Assembly (NCBI GenBank): GCA_036785375.1
Contig: JAWMAR010000019.1
Location: 2,914,001 to 2,978,000 of the forward strand
Direction: 5' to 3'
DNA from: Leucoraja ocellata
Lineage: Eukaryota
DNA length: 64,000 bases
Shown here: piece by piece, positions 39,001 through 51,220 of the stretch
Position numbering within the stretch: the first letter of the stretch is position 1
How the letters are laid out: every line of letters starts with the position of its first letter
Program-made: the position numbers and the translations under genes
Notes under the pieces: generated by a model
Databases searched by the model: none
Told to the model about the DNA's origin: nothing
What the model saw: only the letters and a program-made list of their open reading frames with translations

Positions 39001-41800
39001 TTTTGATATATTGCTCTTTTCTCTGATCTCGCTGCTCATCTGGTATTTTGAAAATCTAAAATATTTTACTTAACCAAGCATAATGTTTAGACTGCACGGA
39101 AATGGCAATCCAAGCTTCATCCATTTTAATTTCGGGAGGCCACCCCCAGCAAATGTAACCAACAACAAAGTTGAATATGATGCAGAATCTACTGTATGTT
39201 TGCACTGCTCTTTCAGGCCCAAAGCTTGCTCACTCACTCACTCACTCACTCACTCACTCACTCACTCACTCACTCACTCACTCACTCACTCACTCACTCA
39301 AACCATACATACACACACGCACTACCCAGCACATCCCTTCCATCCACCAGATATGACCAGATGACAACTCACATTAAAAGAACACATTCTGCAGCTCCTC
39401 ACGGTACAGATGGAAACTTTATCCCATTCTCCCAATAACGAAACTGAGAAGTAAGTCCACAACATGGAAAGGGCGTTGGATCTATCAGTAGCATCATTTA
39501 TTGGAGAAATCAAACGCAAATCAGTTAACCACCTCCTTCCTCAGGTGCCCAAGCTCAGCCGTGTAAGTTCTAAACTTCCATCTGCGATCGTACATGACCA
39601 GTAATTTTTTTTGAAAGCAAAATACTTTTGGTCAAGGGCCGAAAGACGGGCTGGGGTCCCCCTTCACATTGTTAAATAAAACATATCCATCTTAAACTAC
39701 GTTATTTGTTGGGAAGCTCATCACGACATTAAAAGTGACATAAATTGTGATTCTGGCAATATCCCAAACCTAACGATTGAACAAAATAAAAGATTTACAA
39801 TGACCAGAGGGTAGCATGAGCATATAACGTTTTAGTTTGAAGAATACGATGTCCATCCAACTAATTAATTCCCAATGCAGGAAGAAAGATGGCCCGCCAT
39901 TAGTTTTAATGTTTTGCAAAGCAACCAGCAAATCTACTATCAAATTATAATCTAGTTGAAATGATGCCAATACAAATACATTCGATGTCGGAAGTTTGTT
40001 CACCCTTCCCTGGAAGTCTGTGAAACGGTTTCACTCCTTAACTGTTGCAATGTACCTTGCCGGGGTTTAGAGTGAATATGGCAAATTTGAAATTTGCACC
40101 AAGTTTGTTTTCAATCAGTTCATGCTGCACTTTCAACCATTTACGAAATAATCTCCCAGGGTATGGCGATACTGAAATTACTAAATGCTCAAATATCTTC
40201 ACAAGCTTCTTGTCAGTTGAAAAGGAATCACGCATTGTCAAAAAAATAAACACAAACTCTTATACCCATACGCCAAAAGTGAGTACGAGCAGGTTGTATG
40301 GTTTGGACTGTTCCCATCCTGATCACATGCTATAATAATTTTTTTAAATGATTGACTCCAGTAAGTAGGTAACCCGATTTTTTATAAAACATTTTCCAAA
40401 TAAATATACAAGTTGGAACACTAGTTCCTCTGGAGGGGGTGGGCGGGTTATCATTGTCCATGTTTGTATATATTTATTTAATGTTAATTTAATGGGATTG
40501 TAAATATGGTGAGCCAGTAGCGGGGTATTTATCTATGATTCCATACCTCTGTGAGTGGGTTGAAAATGCTTGACGCTAGATAGTCCACTATCTGATCTCT
40601 GTTCACTAGACACATTGTAAAGGTGATGGGTAGAACTTGTTTATTGTCCAGTTGTGGTCTCATTTTAAGAGAAAAAAAAGAGTTGAGTACCTTGTGATTT
40701 TGTTGTATTTTATTCAGTTTAAATGTGATGCTGCTTCACTTTTCAGACAGATTGTGTTGCTAGGTCTGTCCACCTACTGGTTGTTTGAATGAAAACCAAT
40801 CTGTCTCAAGAAACAAACAAACACATAATAAATCTTTCTTCCAAAATGTACTGCTCTTTTCTCTCTCTTTCAGTAAAGCAATAAAGTGCAACCATAATAT
40901 GTTAGAATGCATTTCTCCCTCGGAAATTTCCCAAGGCATGAGGCAAATGTTTCAGAACTGTGACCAAAACAAACGCTCTGGTTTTCAAAATGTTTCAACT
41001 TTGGAAAGGGTGTATAAATTATATATCGTACATTCAATATATTACATTTTTGTTCGATTGGGAGGTAAATTTGACAAAAACAAAGCAGTAGCGAAAGGGA
41101 ATTCCATGGTATTTCAGTTTTGCTGAAATTACCGTTGTGTATGAGGATGGGGACACAAATTCTTAGCAGGGCATCTAGATCATTTGGAACCTCAACTCAC
41201 AAAACATGGGATCCTCATCGTGCTAAGGCCATCCTCTAGGTTCCAAAGTCTTCCCTGATTCTCTCCCAAATTATGATTTTTCTTTGTCTATATTTGGTCA
41301 CCTTTGAGCAAGAAAATGCACGCATGTCTTCTCCATTTAACTCAATTTAAGGGCACATGCTTACTCTGATCTTTTGTTTTGTAACCTGAATCTGTCTAAC
41401 AAACTTGTCATTCCTGAGGATAACTATTTTTTAACACCACCACTGTTCCATGTTTGTCAACCATTGAAATACGTGCAATAATTATAATTGCAACTAGGAC
41501 CGGGGTCGTAAGCAATTGCTGAATGCATGCACCATTTCCAGAATATTCATAGGGAAACCATATGCTTCAACTACCTGGTGAAATGAAAACCATCCAAAAT
41601 ACCAAATTTGTACTAACAGGAATTATGGTTGTCCACACTCTATGGTGTTCATATTTATATTGTGTAAACACTCATCATTACTTATGTTAATACATTATAC
41701 ATTTCTTAAAGACAACTTGTAAATATAGTTGGATTCATATTATATATCACCAGATGATAGCACATATAAATATATATTAAGAATTAAAAAAAACAATCAT
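36006..41800 (+). other. Probable long 3' UTR of the AP-2 gene (end uncertain)
   Basis: No recognisable retroelement until 42018. AATAAA at 36050, 36814, 40827 and 40880 among others, with an AU-rich motif cluster at about 40460-40510. Confidence 0.5.
39229..39300. repeat. (CACT)n microsatellite
   Basis: Direct reading; source of the HSLT-repeat ORFs. Confidence 0.95.
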
Positions 41801-42017
41801 ATTCATGATAAATGTTTGTTAAAGATGGAATCAATTTTATTCAAATAGGAAGATTTTGATTTTTGGTAAATGCTTAAATTATCATAATGGTTATTAATTC
41901 TAGAGGATCATTGCTGTTCAGTTATTTTCACCATATTTGAATTGCCCAACTTTGAAAGAGCAGCATTAATTTCCACCATCAAATAGGGTCACCACTAATT
42001 TCCCATTTCCCTACATC

Positions 42018-42260
42018 CAACAATGGCTAGTTTCCTTTATCATTGTTATTTTTTTGCCTATCTTTAATTCAATTGTTCTATATCTCTCTACACAACCATC
42101 TATATCACTCATTTTCCTTTCTCCTGACACCCAATCTGAAGAAGAGTCTTGACCCAAAATGTCACCTATTCCTTTTCTCCAGAGATGCTGACCCGCTGAG
42201 TTACTCTCGCTTTTTGTCTATCTTCAGTTTAAACCAGCATCTGCAGTTCCTTCCTGCACA
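42018..42260 (+). mobile_element. PLE terminal repeat (3' UTR plus degenerate hammerhead), 10-bp TSD
   Basis: Homologous to the reverse complement of 42990-43230. tccctacatc at 42008-42017 and 42261-42270. Confidence 0.88.
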
Positions 42261-42989
42261 TCCCTACATCTATTTATGACCTCTCTGATTGAGACTAGCT
42301 AACTATTACAACTTCTGCATGATGGTTATCGGTTCCATGTTGTTGATCTTTATTGATTACCGTCTGTGTTGAGATGGGTCGAGTTTCCAAACAGTATCCA
42401 CTCAAACTGAAGGGAATAATTTAATCTATTTATTCCAGGATGGGCATCTTTCTTTATTGAACAAATAAAATCCTAACATGTTAACATGTTATCAACTCTG
42501 ACCTTCTGCGACATAATTGTCATAAGAAACATCAAATTTTGTTTTAAACCTAAAAAAACTACAAAAACATAATATTAAAACAACCTAGGCTTTTAAGCTA
42601 GAATTCAATGCTGACAGTGGGTGGAATGGTCATCCATGACTAACTCAGCCCAGAGTTTGGCACAAAAACAGAAAAGCCAGAAGAACTCAGGCAGTCAGGC
42701 ATCATTTGTGGGAAGTGAAAACCAGCACCTTGACCTGAAATGTGAACAGGTTTCTCTTTCTCCAGATACCGCTTGTCTGGATGGGTTCTTAGAGCATTTC
42801 TGGTCTTGGTTCAGTTCCCATTTTCCGTAATTTCATTTGTTTTCCAGTTTTCCATCAGCAGATCTGGTACTGTTCCTTTTGCATAAGTGCAAAATTACAT
42901 TTTTGACATCTGTGTTTTGAGAAAATGGAAGGCCTTTTTTTTTATCAATGAGCATTTCCTGGTCTCAAGACTTTCTGTGAAATTCATGT

Positions 42990-44016
42990 GTAAGAAGGAA
43001 CTGCAGATGCTGTTTTAAATCGAAGGTAGACACAAAAACCTGGGGTAACAGCGGGATAGGCAGCATTTCTGGAGAGAAGGAATGGGTGAGGTTTTTGGCC
43101 GAGACCCTTCTTCAGACTGGTTAAGGATAAGGGAAATGGGAGTTATAGACGGTGATGTGGAGAGATACAGAACAATGAATGAAATATAGGCAAAAAATGT
43201 AACGATGATTAAGGAAATAGGCTGTTTGTAGGGAGAAAATGAGAAGCTAGTGCAAATTGTGTGGGGGGAGGGATAGAGAGAGAAGGAATGCCGGGATACC
43301 TGAAGTGAGAATAATCAATATTCATACCACTGGGCTGTAAGCTGCCCAAGCGAAATATGAGATGCTGTTCCTCCAATTTGCGTTTAGCCTCTCTGACAAT
43401 CGAGGAGACTGAGGACAGAAAGGTCTGTATGGGAATGGGAAGGTGAATTAAAGTGTCCGGGAGATCAGGTTGGTTCAGGCTGGCTGAGCGAAGGTGTTCT
43501 GCGAAACGATTGCCCAGTCTGCGTTTGGTCTCGCCGATATATAAGAGTCCACATCTTGAACAATGGATACAGTAGATGAGGTTGGAGGAGGTACAAGTAA
43601 ACCTCTGCCCAACCTGAAAGGACTGACGGGGTCCCTGGACAGTCAAGGGAGGAGATATAGTGACAGGCATTGCATCTTTTGAGGTTCTAGGGGAAGGTAC
43701 CTGGAGAGGGGGTGGTTTGGGTGGGAAGGGATGAATTAATCAGGGAATTGCGGAGCGAACAGTCTCACACGAAGGAGGAAAGGGATGGAGATGGGAAGAT
43801 GTGGCTAGTGGTGGGATCCCGTTAGAGGTGGCGGGAATTTCAGAGGATTATGTGTTGTATGCGATGGCTGATGGGTGGAAGGTAAGGACGAGGGGGATTC
43901 TGTCTTTGTTGCGACTAGGGGGAGGGGGAGCAAGGGCAGAGCTGCGGGCTACCGTGGAGACACGAATGAGCGCCTCATCTATGATGGGAGAGGGGAACCC
44001 TCATTCATGTATATCC
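42990..44016 (-). mobile_element. 5'-truncated Penelope-like retroelement (Neptune-type): RT thumb/linker, GIY-YIG endonuclease, terminal repeat
   Basis: Minus strand reads RIPLVLTFHP, Cys linker PGTFP*NLKRCNACHY, then FTCTSSNLIYCIHCSRCGLLYIGETKRRLGNRFAEH...EEQHLIFRLGSLQPSGMN. Degenerate hammerhead at 43088-43115. aaattcatgt at 42980-42989 and 44017-44026. Confidence 0.92.
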
Positions 44017-44299
44017 AAATTCATGTATTTTGTTGAAAAAAACATTAGGATGTATCCACCTACAGTGGGATGCGAGTCACCAATGGTAATTAAGCCACAC
44101 ACTGATTAGCTTTGTGGATGATTTACAGTTAATGAAACTTAAGAGTTAACGGTGTTGATGGAAAATAAAATAACATGAGAAGCCACAATGGATCCAACAG
44201 AAGGGGTTAATACAAGGGAAAATTGCAAAAAAGATAGAATGATGATCACCTTATAGAAATGCAAATAATATTCAAAACTAACTCAATCAATATCACAAA

Positions 44300-47150
44300 A
44301 GAGAAACAAATATCACCTGAGAGCTATTCCTATGACATGGTTGTAAGGAGATCGGTTTGGGGAACTCAAGCATACTTGGCTTTTAGGAAGGACAGGTGAG
44401 AAGTAAATAGTTGTAAGGTAGTTCTGCTAATAAGAAATTAAATAAGTACAACTGTGAGAGATGGCTGAGTCAGATGTATAGTCCACCTGGTTGGCGGTTA
44501 AAAGTATTAAGGGAGAGAAGATAAAGGTAGCAGTATTGCATAGACCTAAACAGTAATTACATTGTAGGAAAGAGTGTAATGGGTGCTGGGGTTAATCAAA
44601 TAGGAAATGGTAGCCAGGAGAATGAATTCATTGTGCATATAGTATAGTTTCCTGGAGCAATATGTTTTTGAGCCAAACCAGGGAATAGGCTATTTTGAAA
44701 CTGATAATCTGTAACAAGACAGGTAGAATAAATGATTTCAGATTGAAAGATCCCTTAGGAAATAATGATCACAGCATGATAGAATTTAGCATTCAGCCTG
44801 AGAGTAAAAAACTTCGGTATGAAACAACTGTGTTAAATTTAAACAAGGGAATTACAAAAAAATGAAAAAAAGTTTGTCTAAAGTGGACTGGGAAACAGCA
44901 TAGTAAGTGAGACAGACGTTGGCATTTGATGGAAATAAGGAAGACAATTATTCATGACTCCCAGCAAAAATATATTTCAGTGAGGAGGAAGGATTCGAAA
45001 GGATGGATTAACTAACCAGGACTAATCGAATAACTTAAAGAGGGGATTAATTTGAAAGAGGAAATATAAAAGAGGAAAAAAAGCAGTGATATGCACAACG
45101 ATTGGAATTGATTCAAAACCCAATAAAGGACTAAAATCAATCAAAAAAAGAGAAAATAGATTATCAGAAGAAACTAGAGAACAATATTAAAACAAAACTG
45201 GCAATATGATTCCTTAATTACACAAAAAGAAAGAGGGAGATCTGAGTGAATATAAGTTCCTTGGAGAATGGGGTTGTAGAAATAGTTACAGAGAACAAAA
45301 AAAAGTTGCAGATGACTTAACCAGATATTTTGCATCAATTTTTATGGTAAAAGATACAATGAACATTTCATTAATTCCAAAAAAGCAGGGGAGGAATGGA
45401 ATACCACCACGACCATCAGAGAATTAGTATTTGGCAAAATAATGAAGCTAAAGTAAGAAAAGTCCCCAGGGCTTAATGCTTTGCATCCTATGATCATAAA
45501 CAAAGGGCCTACAATGGTGGTGAGCACTGGGATGGTAACGTGTGAAAAGGAACTGCAGATGCAGTTACACTGAAGGTAGACATAAAATGCTGGAGTAACT
45601 CAGCAGACCAGGCAGCATCTCCGGAGAAAAGGAAAAGTGATGTTTCGAGTCGAGACCCTTCTTTAGCCTAATCTGAATCAGACCAGTTTGATGAAGGGTC
45701 TCAACCTGAAATATCACCTTTCTCCAGAAAGTTACCAATTTAAACTTTAGTTCTGGAGAAGTACCAAATTTAAAGGGCTGGAAAACTGTGAGGGTTATAT
45801 CCTTTCTCAAAAAGAGTAGGCCACAAAAGAAGTAATTGAGTGCTATTAGCCTAATGTCTAATGTTGGAAACATTTTGGCATTAATTATTAAGGTAAGAGT
45901 AACGGTGTACTTGGTACGTTGTAGGTACGCTAATAGTAACCATAATCTAATCAAGCAAAGTCAGTACAGCTTCAAGAAGGAGAAATCATGTTGGTCAAAT
46001 TCATTAGTGCTATTTAAGGAAGTGTCTGCCAGAGTGAATAGAAATAACTTACGTGTAATACATTGGAATTTTCAAAAGGCATTGGACAAGGTACCATGTT
46101 AAAGGTTACTTAGCCTGAAAGGTTGCAAGATGGTATTGGAAATAATAGATTGTAGATTGTACAAACTAAACAGCAGGATGCAATGAGTAGGGATAAGAGA
46201 ATCATTTTCAGGTTGGCAATCTGTAACCAGCAGGGTACCAGAGAGATTAGCTTTGACTGCAGCTGTTTACATACATATTAATAATTTAGAGGAAGGAAGT
46301 GAATGAACTGTAGCAACATTTGCAAATAATGCAAAACTAGATCTGGAGGCAAGTTGTGAGTAGTATACATACAGTTAAAGAGAGAACTGGGTAGGTTAAA
46401 TCTGTAGGCAAAAATTGGCAAGGAGTATAATGTGGGAAAATGGGAAGTTTGCAAGGAAGAATGATTAATACTTCAATGGAGAAAGACTACAAAAAGCTCC
46501 AGAGTTAAGGGATTTGAGGGTCTGTGTACATAAGCAGATATCCAGCATACAGGTGCTGCAGATAACTTTGAAGGCTAATGGAATACTAGATTTTATTTCA
46601 AGAAGAGTGGAATATAAATGTACGGAATTCTTACTACAACCACATCCCTGGTACTGTGAACAGTTTGGTTCCCCTCTCTAAAGAAACATGTATTATCAAT
46701 GGAAGCCATTTAGAAAAGGTTTGCTTGAACGATGCCAAGTTGGGAAGGATTATTTTAGGAGGAAAGGTTGAACAGTGTGAGTCTGAACATTGGATTTTGA
46801 GAATGAGGAGCGATATTCTTGAATCATGAGATTCTTCGGAAGCTTGGCAGAGAAAATGGTGGGAGAATATTTCTTCTTGAGTGTGAGCAGAGGATTAAAG
46901 GCCATAGTCCAAGAATATAGAGTGGCCCATGTAGCACTAAAATGAGAGGAATTTCTTCTCTCTCAAGGCTATGGGTTTTTTGAATTATGTTGCGCTGTAA
47001 ATCTGTGGAGGCTGATTCCTCAAAGCTGAGATACTTCATTTTTTTAATCAGTAAGGGATGAAGGGTTATGGGAAGGGGATAATATATTGTCTTGAGGAAA
47101 GCTGGATGAACAATTATCTTAATGAATAGCAAAGCAACTTTGAGGGGAGA
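44300..47150 (+). mobile_element. Large degenerate CR1 ORF2 (APE remnant, RT, 3' end)
   Basis: PLGNNDHSMIEF at about 44750, ISLMSNVGNIL..QSQYSFKKEKSCWSN..FQKALDKVP at 45836-46102, FANNAKL at about 46320. Many stops and frameshifts. Confidence 0.85.
45540..45730. mobile_element. Fold-back PLE terminal-repeat element nested in CR1
   Basis: Divergent degenerate cores at about 45639-45666 (-) and about 45688-45715 (+). Confidence 0.82.
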
Positions 47151-48284
47151 AGTTGATAAGTTCTGTCATTACTTTTGCTGATCATATTGTCTACTTAAGT
47201 CAGAGGAAGTAAACTCCGCTAATTTTAACAAATTATTTTTAGCTTAGTTTAGCTTAGTTTAGCTTTGCTTAGTTTACTTCAGTTCATTCTTGTCACCTGT
47301 ACAGAGGGACCATGAAAAGCTTTTTGTTGTGTGCTATCCCATCAGCAAAAAAGGTGAACATAATCACAACCAAACTGTTCACATTGTACGGACACAGGAT
47401 AAAGAGTATAACGTTTAGTGATAATGATGATAAAAATGATGATGATATCTTATTGTCACATGTACCTATGTACCTAGTGAAAATCTTTGTTTTCCATAAA
47501 ATCCAGTAAAATCATATTATAGATAAGCAGATTCATAGATAAGTGCAAAGATGCAATGATTGTAATGTAATAGTAGACTTCACTGAGACAGAACACAGTC
47601 ATCATGTTTCCAGTGCCCACAGGTGTCAAAGTTCTCAAGAGTGCAGTTTTATCAAAGCCTTAAAGGCCTGTTGTCCAGGCAGCACCAATCCTTTCCTCCG
47701 TCCGCTGCCATCTTGAAAATGGCTATTTATCCAGCGTCCCCTGCTGTTGCTCACTCCCTCCCCCGTTCTTCCCGATTCCAGTTCTTCCGGGTCGAGTAGG
47801 AGACATGGCTCGGATAATTTAAGGTGGGTTCCCAGCTTCATAACACCCTGCAGAATCTATGCAGACCCATCTAGTCTGTTTTGATGATATACAAAAATGC
47901 TGGAGAAACTGGAGAACCTGTTTTGATGGTCAGCTATCCAAATTTACCTATGTGTGAAAATACAACCCTTTGTAGAAGCTTAGTTGAATTACCTGGTGTT
48001 ATTCATTACAGATGACAGAGAGAAAATAGGAACCATCTGCTAATGCCCTTACCACCAAAAACACTATCTATCTCTCCTTTAAACTTTTTGATTAGTTCCT
48101 CTTCATTGGTTTTATAGGGCATTACATTCACTGTTTCTGGGTTCATTTTTTGGAGTATCATTTCTAATCCAGAGCTTGTGGGGAGGACTTCAAAAATGAA
48201 AAATGTCTGACCATTAAATACTCCACCAATTTTCCTCTCTGTTGATTATGCTCAAACTCACTCAAATGTTACTCTAGCATTTCA

Positions 48285-48385
48285 GGTTCCAGTCTGAAGA
48301 AGGGTCTCCACCCAAAACTTCAGCTATTCTTTTTCTTCAGAGATGCTGCCTGACCCGCCGACTTACTCCAGCATTTTGTGTCTAT
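48285..48385 (+). mobile_element. PLE terminal-repeat fragment
   Basis: agtCTGAAGAAGGGTCTCCACCCAAAAC..., with ctcaaatgt at 48261 and 48386 (degenerate TSD). Confidence 0.8.
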
Positions 48386-49424
48386 CTCAAATGTGTCTCT
48401 ACATTCTTAATTGGTCTAGACTTTTCTGCAGGAGGAATTCTCCTGTCAATTACCTCACGAGGCCACCCGTAACTTTATCATCTTCAACGGCTACAATGCA
48501 AGTATAAATTCATATCACCGCTCATCCATTTCATACCAAGGATCCTAATTAGTTTCTATTAGATTCCCCTTCAATCCAATGTATCATTTTATAAATTAGC
48601 ATTCTTCTCTGTGCAACAATTGCACATATTCTACTTCATTGATGATGCACAGTGATCCGTCACATTGAGGCCTAGGAAGAAATTCAGTGCAAATGGGACA
48701 ATATCCATGGAAGGAATTAATGCTGTCAGGCAAATAGAATGGAACTTAATAAAATCATCAAAAAAGTGCAAAAAACCAGTAATTTCTTATTCTTAATTGC
48801 TATATTTACAATTTATTTATAGAAAATATGGTGATATCAGTACAAAATTCCAATGCAATTAAATGTTACTTATTTATTGCAATTATACTTGCACATTTTG
48901 CGCATTTTGCATTTAAATTATTTATATGGGCACCCACACCTACCCATCCCTCACCTACCATCCCTAGTCAAATGAAGCATCTTCCCACAAGGTTGCTAAA
49001 ATGGTGCCTTGGGTTATTTATGACTGTCCCTAAAATCTGACCACCTCTTATTGACCACAATGTAAATGTTCAAAGCTATTATGCTTTCATCACAGTGAAT
49101 CCCACAGTACTGGTAAATGAAGTACATTTTTAGCATTTGATCTTATCTCACCACCTGTCAGCTCTTGTATATCAAGAATTAGAGGGAGGGAAAGCACACC
49201 TTGGCTAAACAACATGCTCCAAGCACATTTCAGAAGATTATCAAGGTGTTCTTCTGTTATCTCTCCATGCTTGTTTACCCTCAGCTGTTCACAGTAATTA
49301 TTCTTGAGTATAATTGTCTAATCAGTGAGCATACACGTGATTAAATTTAAGACAAGCCAGATACAGACTTTTGGAACATGCACAAAATATTTCATTATTT
49401 GACAGCCAGCAGTTCCCTCAATAT

Positions 49425-49820
49425 CTAGTCCAGTATAACAATGTACACAGAATAGACAACAATACAGCCCACAATGTCTATCCCAAACATAATGCAAAGT
49501 TAAACTAAGTTCCTCCCCTGCATGCATTCTATTACACTTTATTTATTTCATATCTATGCACCTATTTGAAGCCTTTTAAATATCACTATCATATCTGGTT
49601 TCCCCACTACATCAGGAAGCACATTCCAGAGACCTACTATTCTTTGTGTTAAAAAACGTACCCCTCACATTTCCTTTAAATTTTGTCCTTCTGATGTCTA
49701 GTCTTTGACATTTCCACCCTGGGAAAAAAGGTTTTGACTGTTCATTCAATCTATGTCTCCAATAATTGTATATAGTTTTATCAGATCTCCCTTCAGTCTC
49801 TGATGCTCCAGAGAAAATAA
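49425..49820 (-). mobile_element. Degenerate CR1 3' fragment
   Basis: Tail-like cagcccacaatgtctatcccaaacataatgc plus a body homologous to other CR1 copies. Confidence 0.75.
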
Positions 49821-50508
49821 TTTCTTTATAAAATAATGCTTGTTGGAAGTTTTAGCAGCAATAAAAAAATCACTGAGTACTGCCCCAAATGATGCAATTA
49901 CAAAAAATAGTATTGTTTCTGTCTTTGCTTACTCTCATAACTCAGCAAACTATAGTTTAAATGGAACACCTCCATAAATGCCAGTGGCCTGTAGCGCCAC
50001 GCTGGTGGTCATTTTTCTTATCTGTGAACTTACATAAGCTTTTCAACAATGAAGTAGGGTCATAGCTGAGGTCAATTCACTTCTCACTAGACACACACAT
50101 TCCTAACAGAGGTCATTGGATAGTTATCAGAAGCAGAAACAGTGCCTCATTTTTGCCCCATCTCCATCCCTGGGTTAGTGAAACTAATTATGGTATCCCC
50201 TCTGCCTTCTCAGATAAGATCATCTAGTTCACCATGGATCAAATATCTACGATTAAATATGCAGGGGGTTTATTTGTTCAAATATGTGATTTATTTAGAT
50301 ATCTAAAGACTATTTAATCTGGAAAGGTTCTACCAATTAAATCTACTGCTCTAGGTAAATCACAAAAAATGGTTATGATTCTATTCTGTATTTCATCTTT
50401 TTAGTTATGTAATCAAAATCAGTCACTCATATCTGTGCATAATACTTTATTAGAATTAACACAGAATTTATTGATGAAGATCAATTTAATAAATATTATT
50501 TATCACTG

Positions 50509-50986
50509 CTAGGTGCTAACTGCTCTACATCACGCTCTACTAGGTGTCAACTGCTCTACATTGGTGAGACCATGCGCAGGCTTGGCGATCACTTTGCCCA
50601 ACACCTCCACTCAGTTTGCAATAACCAACCTGATCTCCCAATGGCTCAGCACATCAACTCCCCCTCCCATTCTGAATCCGACCTTTCTGTCCTGGGCCTC
50701 CTCCATGGCCAGAGTGAGTCCCACCGCAAATTGGAGGAACAGCACCTCATATTTTGCTTGGGTAGTGTACACCCCATCGGTATGAACATTGACTTCTCCA
50801 ATTTCAGGTAGTCCTTGCTTTCTCTCTCCTTCCCCGCTCTCCCACAGCTTATTGTCTCTGCTTCTTCCCTTTTTTTTTTAAGCCCCCCCAACATCAGTCT
50901 GAAGAAGGGTCGCGACCCGAAACGTCGCCTATTCCTTCGCTCCATAGATGCTGCCTCATCCGCTGAGTTTCTCCAACTTTTTTGTC
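50509..50986 (+). mobile_element. 5'-truncated Penelope-like element: GIY-YIG C-terminal half plus terminal repeat
   Basis: CQLLYIGETMRRLGDHFAQHLHSV..DLPMAQHINS..RKLEEQHLIFCLGSVHPIGMN. tatcactg at 50501-50508 and 50987-50994. Confidence 0.92.
50896..50930 (+). ncRNA. Minimal type I hammerhead ribozyme motif (PLE-type), intact core
   Basis: CTGAAGA (50899-50905), stem II GGGTC/GACCC, GAAA, palindromic ACGT in place of helix III, GTC triplet ending at 50926. Stem I looks weak (about 2 bp), so activity is unproven. Confidence 0.7.
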
Positions 50987-51149
50987 TATCACTGGCATTG
51001 TGGTTTTCCACTTGTCCATATGCACAATAACTAAAAGGCTCAGCTTGAAAATTTAATTTGGTGTGCTATTATATCCAATTAATTAAAAAAAAGAAATCAC
51101 GGTTTGTAACTACAATTTGTAAATGATGATTTAATAAGTCATGATTTGT

Positions 51150-51220
51150 CCTGAAATGTCATCTTCTATTTTCTCCAGAGATGCTGCCTGACCCGTTGAG
51201 TTACTCCAGCATTTTGTGAC
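51150..51220 (+). mobile_element. PLE terminal-repeat fragment
   Basis: ctccagagatgctgcctgacccgttgagttactccagcattttgtg. Confidence 0.8.

Noticed and set aside
39083-39438. HSLT-repeat ORFs in three frames
   Set aside because: Translation of the (CACT)n microsatellite.
43209-43670. GIY-YIG ORF as a domesticated host gene
   Set aside because: It has frameshifts, an upstream in-frame stop, 5' truncation and a TSD, so it is a dead retroelement copy.
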